A DNA stretch of 64,000 nt from Verrucomicrobiota bacterium (GCA_039815375.1 JBCBZJ010000004.1:32001-96000), one strand, 5' to 3'; counted from the first letter of the stretch, positions 11,888-22,730 are shown. Translations and numbers: made by a program. The notes: generated by a model from the letters alone, not told the origin.

Positions 11888-13093
11888 ATGCCAAACGGCC
11901 CAGAAAATAACAAAATAACTGTGTCAAATCAAAGAACTCCAGCCAAACAGATTTCGCGCTCAAACAACGAAGCGAAGCGGCGCAGAAACAGCGTCAGAAC
12001 TATTACGGCTATCGACTTATTCGCAGGCGCAGGTGGTTTCTCGCTCGCAGCAGAAGAAGCAGGAGTAAAAGTCTTAGCAGCCGTTGAATGTGACAACTGG
12101 GCTCAGGCCACCTATCGGGCTAATTTTATTGACGGTCGCAGAGGCTCCGACAGGCATCGCCTCTACGGAGACGTCATGGACATTGAGCCCTCTGACATGC
12201 TCATGGACGTCAGATTAGAAAAAGGAGAGCTTGATTTGCTTATCGGTGGCCCCCCTTGCCAGGGCTTCTCATCACATCGCCTAAACGATGCAGGTGTAAA
12301 TGATCCGCGTAACGAACTTCTTTTGCGCTACTTCGATTTCGTGAAAGGTCTGCGTCCAAAAATATTTCTTGTCGAAAATGTTTCCGGCATGCTTTGGAAA
12401 CGGCATGAAGCCTACGTTCAAAAATTCAAACACTTGGCGAGACGAAACGGATACCGTCTGGTTGGAGGAGGCCCGCAGATAATCAACGCAAGAGACTTCG
12501 GAGTCCCGCAAAACAGGAAGCGCGTCTTCATCCTGGGTGTCCGTAATGACGTAGCTACACCGGAAGATTTCCAATGGCCACCTAAACCAACGCATTACTC
12601 GCCAAATTCAAAAGAAGCCCAAAACGGTGCACCAATCTGGAAGCCCGCCGCAGAAGTCTTCGAGAAACCGCTGGATAAAGCCGACCCCAATAACCTGCAC
12701 ATGCAACCCGGCTCTGAGATGTTGGAGCGCTTCAAGCGGACTCCAAAAAATGGAGGAAGCCGTTCCGACAGCGGGTACACTCTCGAATGCCACAAAACAC
12801 ATAAGGGCCACAAAGACGTTTACGGGCGTATAGACTCAACTAAACCCGGCCCGACTATGACAACTGGCTGCATAAATCCATCTAAAGGCCGGTTCGTCCA
12901 CCCTATCAAACACCACGGCATCACAGCAAGACACGCCGCCCGCTTCCAAACTTTCCCGGATTCGTTCATTTTCCAAGGGGGACTAGGTCAAGCAGGCAAA
13001 CAAATAGGCAATGCTGTCCCGATTGCACTTGGAGAGAAAATTATCAGATCCGTATTGGAGAGCATCGATGAGCAAAAAGACGCTAAAGATTAA
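11888..13093 (+). CDS. DNA cytosine-5 methyltransferase
   Basis: DLFAGAGG, GGPPCQGFS, ENV, PQNRKR, QIGNAVP motifs. Confidence 0.95.
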   Translation: MPNGPENNKITVSNQRTPAKQISRSNNEAKRRRNSVRTITAIDLFAGAGGFSLAAEEAGVKVLAAVECDNWAQATYRANFIDGRRGSDRHRLYGDVMDIEPSDMLMDVRLEKGELDLLIGGPPCQGFSSHRLNDAGVNDPRNELLLRYFDFVKGLRPKIFLVENVSGMLWKRHEAYVQKFKHLARRNGYRLVGGGPQIINARDFGVPQNRKRVFILGVRNDVATPEDFQWPPKPTHYSPNSKEAQNGAPIWKPAAEVFEKPLDKADPNNLHMQPGSEMLERFKRTPKNGGSRSDSGYTLECHKTHKGHKDVYGRIDSTKPGPTMTTGCINPSKGRFVHPIKHHGITARHAARFQTFPDSFIFQGGLGQAGKQIGNAVPIALGEKIIRSVLESIDEQKDAKD

Positions 13094-15026
13094 ATTCCAC
13101 GGAAGGATCCTAGATCATCTTGGGATTCAAATGTATCAAAGCCCTGTTGCAGCAATAGCAGAACTTATTTCTAACGCCTGGGATGCTGAAGCCGAAAGCG
13201 TGAAGATAAGTATTCCAAATGCCGACAATAAGATTAACCACATTCTTGTTGAGGATGATGGAATTGGAATGACGCTCGATGACTGCGAGAAAAGATATCT
13301 CAACATAGGCTACTGCCGTAGGGGTAAGGATAATTCTATTGTTAAATCCCCATCGAAAAAACGACCAATTCTTGGAAGGAAAGGTATTGGAAAGTTTGCA
13401 GGCTTCGGTATCGCGCGGACAATTGAAGTTACGACTATTAGCAAGGAAACTGGAGAACTGACAAAGTTTCTACTAGATCTAGATCAACTCAGAACAGGTG
13501 AATACGTAGCCGAAGGTGGAACAATAGATGTAATAGAGCACCTAGAACCAGACGAAGAACGAAGATCCAAACATGGAACACAGCTAAAGCTTAAGGACTT
13601 GGTCCTCAAAAGACAGATTCGTAGAGACTTCCCCAAAAGCATGGCACGTAGGTTCATACTGCTTCAGCATGCACATGATTTTATAGTAACAATAAACGAA
13701 GAGAAGCTTCCACAAGATGGCGACCTACCCGGCATCGAATATTCATTCCCTTCAGATTATGACGAAAATGATGAAGGTGCCAAAAATTTGCACACAGATA
13801 GAGACGGTTGGGCTCTAGAGGAAATTGAAGGCTATAAAATAAAATGGAAAATCAATTTTTACAAAGACCCGATTGAGGTCGAAGAATTGCGAGGAATCTC
13901 AATTTTCGCTAATGGCAAACTCGCTCAAAAGGCATTCTTTTTCAATCTCACAGGAGGCCTAGGCGGCCAGCACGGACAAGAATATATGAGCGGCCAAGTT
14001 ATTGCCGACTACATCGACCAGATGGATTTCGATATCATCTCGCCAGAACGTCAGAGAATAAACTGGGAGGATGAGAACTCAATACCACTCGAGGCTTGGG
14101 GCCAAGGGAAGGTCAAAGAGTTACTGAAGAAATGGCAGGCTAAGCGCGGCAAAAAAAGGCAAGAGCAAATCGAATCTAAAGTTGATGGATTCTCTGATCG
14201 ACTTGGAAAATTCCAGCCAAGGGAACGGAATGTGGTGAAAACCACTCTAATGAAGCTTGGAAGCATTTCGACTCTTTCAGACGAACAATTCGAAACTTTG
14301 GGAAAATCTGTTCTACGCTCCTGGGAACAAGGGCGACTCAAGGAATTAATTACCGATTTGTCAGAAGTCGAAGAAATGGATGAGCAGAGTCTAGTAGAAA
14401 TTTTAACCGAACAGGATATTTTGACGGCACTCAATGTCGCCGAGGCCGTCAAAACTAAAAAACAAACAATTGACGGGCTCGAGAGAAGAGTAAAAGACAA
14501 GGAATTAGAAAACCCTGTCAGGGACTACATTGCTGAGAACCCTTGGCTAGTGCATCCGAAATACCAGACGTATAAAATTGAGTCCTCGCTTAAAAGCATC
14601 TTCGATCCATTTGCGATCAAACATAACATAAGCGATGGTTATGAGAAAAAAAGAGTAGATCTCATTCTTGAATCGGGCAATCAGCTGATAGTGCTCGAGT
14701 TTATGCGCCCAGGAAAGTCTCTCGACTGGGATCACCTCGCTCGCTACGAAATCTATTTCCGCGAAATCGTCGCCCACGTAAGGAGTAATTCTTCACTGAA
14801 TTACAATTCAGTAGAAGGCATCATCATCGCTGATAATCTAAATAAAGATGTCGCTTTCAATGACAAGCTACAGGCGCTCGTGCGAGACAATATGTATGCA
14901 TATGACTGGCAAACCCTACTAGCAAGAGCAGGCAGCGAATGGGGCGAATTTTTTGACGCATTAATCGAAAGAACTCCCAGGGATGCAAGAATGGCACAAT
15001 TGCTCGATCCGCCGAAAGAATCCTAA
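13068..15026 (+). CDS. GHKL (MORC/MutL-like) ATPase with C-terminal PD-(D/E)xK-like domain
   Basis: ELISNAWDA, DDGIGM, GRKGIGK motifs; C-terminal ENP...RVDLIL...VLEFMRP; start overlaps the MTase end. Confidence 0.8.
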   Translation: MSKKTLKIKFHGRILDHLGIQMYQSPVAAIAELISNAWDAEAESVKISIPNADNKINHILVEDDGIGMTLDDCEKRYLNIGYCRRGKDNSIVKSPSKKRPILGRKGIGKFAGFGIARTIEVTTISKETGELTKFLLDLDQLRTGEYVAEGGTIDVIEHLEPDEERRSKHGTQLKLKDLVLKRQIRRDFPKSMARRFILLQHAHDFIVTINEEKLPQDGDLPGIEYSFPSDYDENDEGAKNLHTDRDGWALEEIEGYKIKWKINFYKDPIEVEELRGISIFANGKLAQKAFFFNLTGGLGGQHGQEYMSGQVIADYIDQMDFDIISPERQRINWEDENSIPLEAWGQGKVKELLKKWQAKRGKKRQEQIESKVDGFSDRLGKFQPRERNVVKTTLMKLGSISTLSDEQFETLGKSVLRSWEQGRLKELITDLSEVEEMDEQSLVEILTEQDILTALNVAEAVKTKKQTIDGLERRVKDKELENPVRDYIAENPWLVHPKYQTYKIESSLKSIFDPFAIKHNISDGYEKKRVDLILESGNQLIVLEFMRPGKSLDWDHLARYEIYFREIVAHVRSNSSLNYNSVEGIIIADNLNKDVAFNDKLQALVRDNMYAYDWQTLLARAGSEWGEFFDALIERTPRDARMAQLLDPPKES

Positions 15027-15886
15027 ATGCCTAAGATAATTTTCACATCTGGCATCGATCCAGAATATGACGATATACCTGAAGTCAGATGTGAATTCCC
15101 ACAACGTTATTACAAAATGGTCAATGAGGCCATCGGCGACTGGGTGATTTACTATGAACCTAGAAAGAATGGTGGCAGAATGTCATACTATGCTTCGGCC
15201 AAAGTCGCTAAGGTCGAAAAACATCCCAAAAAATCGAATCATTTTTTCATGTTTGTTTCCGATTACCTCGAGTTCGCTCAGGCAGTTCCCTATCGCAGAG
15301 GAACTGAATAAATGGAATCGGCACTTGTCGGTGAAGGCGTTAAGCCCAACTTGGGCGCTCTTCAATGGTCAGTCAGGCGTTTGCTCGAACATGAATTTTT
15401 TGCAATCGTGCGGACAGGATTCGGAAACGAATTGATTATTTCAAAACAAGATACGCAAGTTGCAGAAGAACCAGCCGAATATAATAGACCCATAGTCAAG
15501 AAACTCACGAACCGCCCATTTCGAAATAAAGCATTCAGCAATCAAGTTCACGAAGCATACGACGACACGTGTGCGTTCACTGGCCTAAGGCTTAATAATG
15601 GGGCAGGACTGTTTGAGGTCGAGGCAGCTCACATACGAGCAGTTGAAGACAATGGACCGGACTCACCACGTAATGGCCTCGCACTTGGACAGACCATACA
15701 TTGGTTGTTCGACAAAGGTGTTCTCTCACTTGAAGACGATGGGAAAATACTGAAAGCTGGTCGTCTTGTTCCCGAAAAAGTGAATGCTCTACTCCACACG
15801 GATGGTTACGCACGATTACCAGAACGGGCGCAACTACAGCCTCACAAACAGTTTCTTAGGTTTCATCGTGAGAATCGCTTTCTAGG

Positions 15887-15890
<4 letters not shown>
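15027..15890 (+). pseudogene. HNH endonuclease with N-terminal EVE/PUA-like domain, split by an in-frame TAA at 15309
   Basis: Both ORFs share one frame (GAA TAA ATG). N part has YDD...FP..Y...GDWVIYYEP; C part has CAFTG, EAAHI, NGLAL, HWLFDKG. Confidence 0.75.
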
Positions 15891-16315
<425 letters not shown>

Positions 16316-16468
16316 AGGTAATACATTAATTGCTTGTGAATAGATGTGAAGCCTAGCGTCCATCAAAGGAAACTTCATCCGCATCTTCAAAGCAGGCAGC
16401 TACGCCGCCTACTCCTTAAAGAAAGTAAGCGATCCGGCTCAAACAAAACCTGAGTAGCCCATTCCCAG

Positions 16469-16534
16469 CCTCTGCTGTCTCTGTTTCCTCCTGTTCAACC
16501 ATCCGCGTCGATCTGTGGTCATCCGTGGTTAAAA
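16469..16534. repeat. 9-nt and 10-nt periodic repeat element
   Basis: cctctgctgtctctgtttcctcctgttcaa + atccgcgtcg atctgtggtc atccgtggtt. Related copies at 9799-9827 (reverse), 19098-19126, 20714-20780, 5326-5355. Confidence 0.75.
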
Positions 16535-16600
16535 TACAGATTACAGGAATAGACCGCGCGACCAGAGCTCCTACCCGCTCACTCAAACAAGTATCACATC

Positions 16601-17032
16601 ATGAACGCACTCGACCTGACCACTGACTACCCACGCAGCCCGCGCGCAACGCTCGCCGGCTATGTTATTGCCGCACGCACGCTGGACAAATGCCGAGCCG
16701 TACTCGCCGGCACCCAGGGCGAATACCACTTCGACTGTCCGCTGGATAATCTTTTCTTCGACTTCGCAGGCATCCAGGCAGACGACTTCAAGGCCTTTGT
16801 CGCCACCGGAGCGGACGACGCTGCAGTCGCCGAATGGATTCAGGCCAAGGCAGCAGAGAACACACAGGAGGAGATCGTGCAGTGGAACAATGACCTGCGC
16901 TACAAACGCATTTCCGAAATGCCGATCAAACTACAGGTCTTCCTCGAAGGCTATATCCCTGAGAACACCCCAGCCAATAAAGTCGTCTACTACTGGTTTG
17001 ACGTCTACGACATCGAAGAAAAGCGCATCTAA
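16601..17032 (+). CDS. DUF5069 family protein
   Basis: DLT..YPRSP...LAGY...AR.LDK.RA...G..GEY.F.CPLD pattern. Confidence 0.8.
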   Translation: MNALDLTTDYPRSPRATLAGYVIAARTLDKCRAVLAGTQGEYHFDCPLDNLFFDFAGIQADDFKAFVATGADDAAVAEWIQAKAAENTQEEIVQWNNDLRYKRISEMPIKLQVFLEGYIPENTPANKVVYYWFDVYDIEEKRI

Positions 17033-17226
17033 GTTCGAGGCACTCTCAAACACAAATTAATTCAATTTTGAATTAGTTTAAGAACAGTACTGAGTTCTCG
17101 CGTTCAGAACGTGTAGCTACTTGAGCTACTCCCAAAACCTGAACGACGTAAACGCATTCTTGAAATCAATCCGCGTCCACTTGTCCGGTGTAGCTGAGCA
17201 TAGACGGACCTGTGGATAAATCACCT

Positions 17227-17271
17227 TTGCACTATTTAGTATTGCACTATTTAGTATAATACTATTCAGTG
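17227..17271 (+). repeat. 15-bp tandem repeat x3 over the ATPase promoter
   Basis: ttgcactatttagta ttgcactatttagta taatactattcagtg; contains TATAAT at 17255. Confidence 0.7.
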
Positions 17272-17280
17272 CAAAAAATC

Positions 17281-18396
17281 ATGGCTAAGCAGCAGACGAA
17301 CCCTTTCCGCTTTAATCAGGTCGTTGAGAAAGAATATTTCTGCAGCCGCCCCGAAAGCGCACTCGTATCCGAACTCGTTCAGTCAGGGCAGAATGTAGCC
17401 CTGATCGGTCCTCGACGCACAGGAAAAACCTCTCTCGCCCTCGAAGTCTGCCGAAAAGCCAAACTCAAGATCGTGCATAGTGATATGATGCGAGTCGAAT
17501 CGTATGCCGATATTATCCGTCGACTGGTCGAAGCCGCCTTACGCGATAGCAAAGCCCCCAAAGTAGAGAACTTTATCAAGGCGCTGGCTCACCTGCGACC
17601 GACCTGGACCATTGACCCGATCGGCGGTGGCACTCAGCTCACCGTCACCCCATCCGCCAAGAGTACGCCGGAAAATGTAATCGACACGCTTCGGTTGATT
17701 GAAAAGCGCTGCATTGCCACGGGCAGTATCCTTTTTATCGATGAATTTCAGGACATCACTGCCCTACCCAAGCACGAAAGCTTTATCGCCCAGATGCGCT
17801 CGCAGATACAGCGCTGGAAAAAGACCGCCATCCTCTTTGCAGGCAGCGATCGGGAGAAGATGAAGGCCCTCTTCACCGATCCAGCCAGCCCCTTCTACCA
17901 ATCAGCCACCGTTCTGATGATTGAGCAGCTGGAAGAAAAGACCTTCAAGCGCTACATCCACCGCCGTTTTGAACAAAGCGGCAAAACCATTGAGCCCGAA
18001 TGCATTGAGCAAGCACTCGCACTGACCGGGCACCACCCAAACTCTGCTCAAAAACTACTGCACTTCATCTGGTCGAAAACTCCGGAAAAAGGGCATGCCG
18101 ATGTCACGATTCTCGAATCAGCCCTCAGCCTAACCATGCGCGTGGAGCAGGACGAATTCGAACGCACCCTCGATAACCTGACCTTCATGCAAGGTCGCGC
18201 CCTGAAGGCACTCGCACAGCTCGGCGGTAAAAATACAACCAGTGGCGACTTCCTCGAAGCCGCCAACATCCGCAACCCGACCTCCTCGACCAAAGCACTC
18301 ATGCGTTGCGTGCAACTCAAGATCCTCCTGAGAGACGGTTCCGCATATCGCTTCGCCAACCCCTTCTTCAAGGCCTGGCTACAACGACAGCCTTAG
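17281..18396 (+). CDS. AAA+/archaeal-type ATPase with C-terminal winged helix
   Basis: NPF...R start, [31 protein letters not shown]. Confidence 0.8.
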   Translation: MAKQQTNPFRFNQVVEKEYFCSRPESALVSELVQSGQNVALIGPRRTGKTSLALEVCRKAKLKIVHSDMMRVESYADIIRRLVEAALRDSKAPKVENFIKALAHLRPTWTIDPIGGGTQLTVTPSAKSTPENVIDTLRLIEKRCIATGSILFIDEFQDITALPKHESFIAQMRSQIQRWKKTAILFAGSDREKMKALFTDPASPFYQSATVLMIEQLEEKTFKRYIHRRFEQSGKTIEPECIEQALALTGHHPNSAQKLLHFIWSKTPEKGHADVTILESALSLTMRVEQDEFERTLDNLTFMQGRALKALAQLGGKNTTSGDFLEAANIRNPTSSTKALMRCVQLKILLRDGSAYRFANPFFKAWLQRQP

Positions 18397-18490
18397 CAAC
18401 CCACGCCCACTTGTCCGGCGTCGCTAAGCGTAGACGGATCTAAATGAGATTCATGCCTTCCATTGACAGAATTTCAGTAATTCTGCAAAT

Positions 18491-18724
18491 GTGCCTGAAA
18501 AAATCGTCATTGGTCAGCGCGGCGTGCTGACACTACCCGCGAAGCTCCGGAAGCGCTATGCCCTGCAGCAGAACGACACTCTGCTCGTCGAGGAAACCCC
18601 GCAAGGCCTGCTGCTGCGCCCCTGCGTGAGCCTGCCGGTTGAGTTCTACTCGGAGGAACGCATTGCTGAGTTCAACGAAGACGATGCAGCAATCGGTGAA
18701 GCGCTGGATACATTGAACTCATAA
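18491..18724 (+). CDS. AbrB/MazE-type antitoxin
   Basis: IGQRGVLTLPAKLRKRY...GLLLRP; TTGACA-17-TTCTGC-like upstream region. Confidence 0.8.
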   Translation: MPEKIVIGQRGVLTLPAKLRKRYALQQNDTLLVEETPQGLLLRPCVSLPVEFYSEERIAEFNEDDAAIGEALDTLNS

Positions 18725-18735
18725 TTCATCGATCG

Positions 18736-19086
18736 ATGAAATGTTTTCTGGCCGCCAATGTCCTCTTTTCAGCCGCCAATAAATTCAGCCAGCTCCATCG
18801 CTTGATCTATTGGCTACGAGAGAAGCACGAACTGATTACTTCCGACTACGCCGGCGAGGAAGCCATCCGCAACATCCGAGCCAAGCGGAGCGACTGAGAG
18901 TTGGGCTACACTCAAATCATGCAAGGCATTCGAACGGTCGAAAGCGTCCATCAGCCCATCGAAGTGGAACTCGCGGAAAAGGATCAGCCCATTTTAGCCA
19001 CAGCAATTGCAGAGGAATGTGATGTTCTCGTAAACGGCCGCTCCTTTGAAAAAGCGGACGAGCATAAGAAGGTCGACACTCCGTAG
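18736..19086 (+). pseudogene. Inactivated PIN-domain (VapC) toxin
   Basis: MKCFLAANVLFSA (catalytic D replaced by A), EEAIRN, in-frame TGA 18895, KDQPILATAI, aberrant C-terminus. Confidence 0.8.
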
Positions 19087-19228
19087 TCCATATCCGGCCT
19101 CTGCTCCCTCTGTTAGCTCCTGTTCATTCATCCGCGCCCATTTTTACGGCGCAGTCGATCAAATCGATGGAATAAAGGACATGGATTGACTTCTTTAACT
19201 AGGTAGACATTTCGAAGTTAATCCCCCT

Positions 19229-20710
19229 ATGCCGCATCATAATTTGTTCCTGTTTGTCATTCTCTTTTTTGGAATCATCGGCTCCATTATCGCGCAGTTA
19301 CCTGAAGCGCTGCCGGATAAAGCTCCCCAACAGGCCAAAATCGTTCTGGAACAAACCCATGGCCCCTACCTCGGCTTCGGTATCGGCATCCATCCCGGAG
19401 ACGTCATTTACGAAACTGCTTTCGAAGAGCTGGACCTTGAGTTCGTGCGCCTTGAGTTTGGCCCACTTTGGTATGACCTCGATGAGCTAATCCCTGCGGA
19501 TGCGAGTCTTGATGAACTCTATAGTTTCATCGCGGCCAACTACAATGGTGACGCTTATAACCGCCTCGAAGGAGCCCAATACACCTATCGCTTTTTAAAC
19601 GATCGCGATATCAAGATAGTCCTCATTCATTTCGAGCTCCCCTACCATTGGCGCAGGGACAAGGCAACCGGCCTGATCGAGCCTCAATACATCGACGACC
19701 TCGCCCGCTTTTACACCGCGCACCTTCGCTTTCTCAGAGACAACGGCGTCCATATTGATTATATCGAACTGGCCAACGAGCCCGATGGCAATTGGAACGG
19801 CCACCTGCCACCGGAATCCTACGTGAGCCTGCTCAAGCAATGCGACCACCTCTTCGAAGCCAATGACCTCGGGCATGTCCAAATCCTCGGGCCCGGCCTC
19901 GCCTTTCTCAATCTCTACAATCGATTGCCGCCCTACATGGATGCCTTGGCCCTTGGTGCACATGTTCACCTCGACGGATGGTCCACCCACACATGGGACG
20001 AAGTCGAGTTCCCCGAGGCACGCCCGGAATACACCTTTGGAGTCTGGCAACCCTTCCTCAATGGGATCAAAGAATCAGACCCTCTGCGCCGAAAACCGAT
20101 TCTTGTTACAGAGTATGGAAGCGACGTGACCCGCTTTGGAGACCGCATTTACACATCCCCACGCGACCAATTCACCGAAAACCTCACGGATAGCTGGGAC
20201 TACGCTATTCGCGTCGTCGCCAACTCCATCACCCATCTCAACCGCGGTGCCAATGCCCTCATTCTTTACCGCCTCAGCAACGCCCACTGGCAAAAAACGG
20301 GCTGGGGAATCATTCAGCCCGAAACCCCCGAGCGCTACCGCAAAAAACCCATCTACCAAGCGATCTACAAACTACTCAGCGACCTCCCACTCGGCGCCCA
20401 AATCCTCCAACCGAATTGGTATACGCATGACGATCCCATCCTCCTCGCAGTCTTTCACGATGAAGCAAGCCAACAGCTGTCCCTCATCGCCATTAACTGG
20501 ACGGACACAGACCAGAGCCAAACCATTCAACTTCCCGGCGCTTATAGAGCTGTAGAGAATCGACAGCTCGATGCCGAAGGCTTCATTACAGATGAGGCTA
20601 ATATTTCTCTGGACGACGATCAACTGACTCTAAACCTCCCGGCAAATTCAATGTGCCGTATCGAACTGGAAACCAATCAAACCAAACCGAGTGACTCGCC
20701 CGACTCATAA
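19229..20710 (+). CDS. Secreted clan GH-A glycoside hydrolase (GH30/GH39-like)
   Basis: Signal peptide, ANEPD acid/base motif, VTEYG nucleophile motif, C-terminal beta-sandwich ending LPANS. Confidence 0.75.
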   Translation: MPHHNLFLFVILFFGIIGSIIAQLPEALPDKAPQQAKIVLEQTHGPYLGFGIGIHPGDVIYETAFEELDLEFVRLEFGPLWYDLDELIPADASLDELYSFIAANYNGDAYNRLEGAQYTYRFLNDRDIKIVLIHFELPYHWRRDKATGLIEPQYIDDLARFYTAHLRFLRDNGVHIDYIELANEPDGNWNGHLPPESYVSLLKQCDHLFEANDLGHVQILGPGLAFLNLYNRLPPYMDALALGAHVHLDGWSTHTWDEVEFPEARPEYTFGVWQPFLNGIKESDPLRRKPILVTEYGSDVTRFGDRIYTSPRDQFTENLTDSWDYAIRVVANSITHLNRGANALILYRLSNAHWQKTGWGIIQPETPERYRKKPIYQAIYKLLSDLPLGAQILQPNWYTHDDPILLAVFHDEASQQLSLIAINWTDTDQSQTIQLPGAYRAVENRQLDAEGFITDEANISLDDDQLTLNLPANSMCRIELETNQTKPSDSPDS

Positions 20711-20852
20711 ACCATCCGTGTCGATTTGTGTTCATTCGTGGTTAAGAAATTAAACCACAGAGCAGGTAGAAATCAGAGGAGGAGTTTCTTTATAAAATCC
20801 TCCACGAAACCTGGGAAGACGATGCCTAAGGCAACGACGGAAAACAATTTGT

Positions 20853-21662
20853 TCAATTTGCTGCGCAGGACTTCCGGCGAAAGCAGTAAAACATAAGCGT
20901 GGCCAAGCCAAGACATAATGCCGACGAACCCGGCTCAGGCACAGAGGTTGCGATCAGCTGGACATCATCGAAATCAACCTCCAGATCCGGAAACCCCAGT
21001 GCTGCGTCATCAGAGGGAATCAAATTGGAATTGACCAGACGGATACCGAGGGACTCGCCCAGACGCTCGTGAGTCGCCCCGATTGTTATACTTAAGGTTA
21101 AGCGAACAAATTCGCCTTCAATCAGCAGACCGGCCTGCGCGTTATTATCCTGGGCAATAATGTTACTTTCATCACCAGCCACAGTTTCATCCCCTGCAAG
21201 TAACTCGATACGATACTCAGGAAAACCCTCCAGATTGAAAAAATCATTATTCACTGCTGTTCCCGAATCAATATCGCCGACTTCTACGCTCAGATCGTAA
21301 CGGGTGTTGGCCTGCAAGTTATCCACCAAAGTTTGCTCAAAACCATAAGCCCCTGCTCCTCGTTGCGTGCTGTTGAACAGGATAGCCACACGCGAACCTT
21401 CAGGAGCAGTTTCGTTGAAAAATTCCGTGCCGTTTGGAGTCAAGGTCCCGGTAAAGACACCTCCATCCGGAGTAATTCCGTTTGGGTCATAAATATCCCA
21501 GCCTGCGGGTGTGCCAAATGTGAATTCATTAAAAACCGACTGGCCGGAGACATCCTCAAAACCTGCATTGGTAATCGCAAGATTGACCGAACCATTTGCA
21601 ACCGGACTTAACAAACCGCAAAGAAGACTGGTTTTTACAAAAGAGATATGAGCCTGAGACAT
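20853..21662 (-). CDS. PEP-CTERM surface protein
   Basis: Signal peptide from ATG 21662; VPEPGS + TM + RRK. Confidence 0.85.
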   Translation of the reverse strand: MSQAHISFVKTSLLCGLLSPVANGSVNLAITNAGFEDVSGQSVFNEFTFGTPAGWDIYDPNGITPDGGVFTGTLTPNGTEFFNETAPEGSRVAILFNSTQRGAGAYGFEQTLVDNLQANTRYDLSVEVGDIDSGTAVNNDFFNLEGFPEYRIELLAGDETVAGDESNIIAQDNNAQAGLLIEGEFVRLTLSITIGATHERLGESLGIRLVNSNLIPSDDAALGFPDLEVDFDDVQLIATSVPEPGSSALCLGLATLMFYCFRRKSCAAN

Positions 21663-21903
21663 GATACTTATGAAGATCGAAATAATTAATTTCGGCAATC
21701 CATTAACGGACCAAGAAACTGGATGAATGTGTATACAATTACAGCCAGTTATCACTAAATCTTTGCGAGGGGTATGCATACAAAAAGAAATCAAAATATA
21801 ACGATACGTTAATATATTTCCTAGCTCACCTTACCAGTTGACAACAGCGCCTTGCAGCATGATTACGGCAACAACTACTAATAAAACATGCTACTATTAA
21901 ATC

Positions 21904-22095
21904 GCAGAACCATGCAGCCCAAAGCGGATTTTCTTAATGAATATCCGAAGGGGGATACATGCCCTCATGGCATTGGCATGTCCGGTTCTGAAAAGGTAGC
22001 GCTTATCTCAATATAGTATTTATAGACGAGTTAACTAGAGGCACATTAACCCTTTCAAAAGGCCCGGACTGCAGATTGCAGCCGGGCCTTTTGTT
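21904..22095 (+). ncRNA. Candidate structured sRNA (three-way junction) with promoter and terminator
   Basis: cagaacc/ggttctg closing stem and two inner hairpins; TGcTACTAT extended -10 at 21889-21897. Confidence 0.55.
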
Positions 22096-22096
22096 T
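22057..22096 (+). terminator. Rho-independent terminator
   Basis: aaaaggcccggactgca-gat-tgcagccgggccttttgttt. Confidence 0.8.
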
Positions 22097-22261
22097 GCCC
22101 GAATCAAGACATTTTCCGTCTTCAAACCTGAAGATTGATCGCGTCAGGGCGGAGCTTTATTAGATTACATAAGTTATTTATTATAAATATTTTATGTAAT
22201 TTAATTGTTGACTCTTTATAAAATTCCATCCAAGTTCGGTGGCATAACTTTTTTCAAACAC

Positions 22262-22453
22262 ATGCATCTTCACATACATATTCAAATGCCCTGCGGCAGT
22301 TATCTTTGGTCACCCATTTCCCCAAACGGGTCCGATGATCTGTTAGCGCAGAGATTTGAGAATCCCATGGATTCAACACAAGCGAGGGCTTGTAGAGAGC
22401 AGGCATTTCAACCGCGTATTGCGGCCGAATGTTTAGAGAACACTAAACGATGA
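22262..22453 (+). CDS. Putative leader peptide of the tRNA array
   Basis: 63-codon ORF (MHLHIHIQMPCG...) after TTGACT-17-CAAGTT, ending 20 nt before a terminator. Confidence 0.45.
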   Translation: MHLHIHIQMPCGSYLWSPISPNGSDDLLAQRFENPMDSTQARACREQAFQPRIAAECLENTKR

Positions 22454-22473
22454 AATACCTGAAAGACTTTCTT

Positions 22474-22510
22474 AAAGCCCAAGCCGCAGACACCGCGCTT
22501 GGGCTTTTTT
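22474..22510 (+). terminator. Attenuator-type terminator upstream of the tRNA array
   Basis: aaagcccaagc...gcttgggctttttt. Confidence 0.8.
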
Positions 22511-22653
22511 GTTTCCACCAACTACAGTTTACCGGTCTCCCTTCCACCACAGCGAAGGGTCAAACGTCACGTAAATGGCGTCCAAACCACGACTCAGAAT
22601 TTGATCGTGAGAGGGGCGAAACAGCCGTCCTTGGTGGAAACAATTAACTTTAT

Positions 22654-22730
22654 GGTAGTTATCGCTTAATGGCTAAAGCACCTGACTGTGACTCAGGGGA
22701 TCTAGAGTTCGATTCTCAGTAACTACCCCA
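22654..22730 (+). tRNA. tRNA-His(GTG)
   Basis: G-1, gtagtta/taactac, C73, CCA; cctga ctGTGac tcagg. Confidence 0.85.

Noticed and set aside
16350..16457. Startless open frame (SIKGNFIRIFKAGSYAAYSLKK...) at the right edge of the R-M block
   Set aside because: Possibly a gene remnant, but too short to identify
17101..17147. Hairpin cgttcag..gtagct/agctac..ctgaacg
   Set aside because: Single weak instance with no supporting context
18895..18897. TGA recoding (Trp/Sec) in the PIN gene
   Set aside because: TGA ends other genes here and the gene has additional lesions
22238..22258. Sigma-54 (RtcR-type) promoter for the array, TGGCATAACTTTTTTCA
   Set aside because: No GC at -12 and no rtcR in the window
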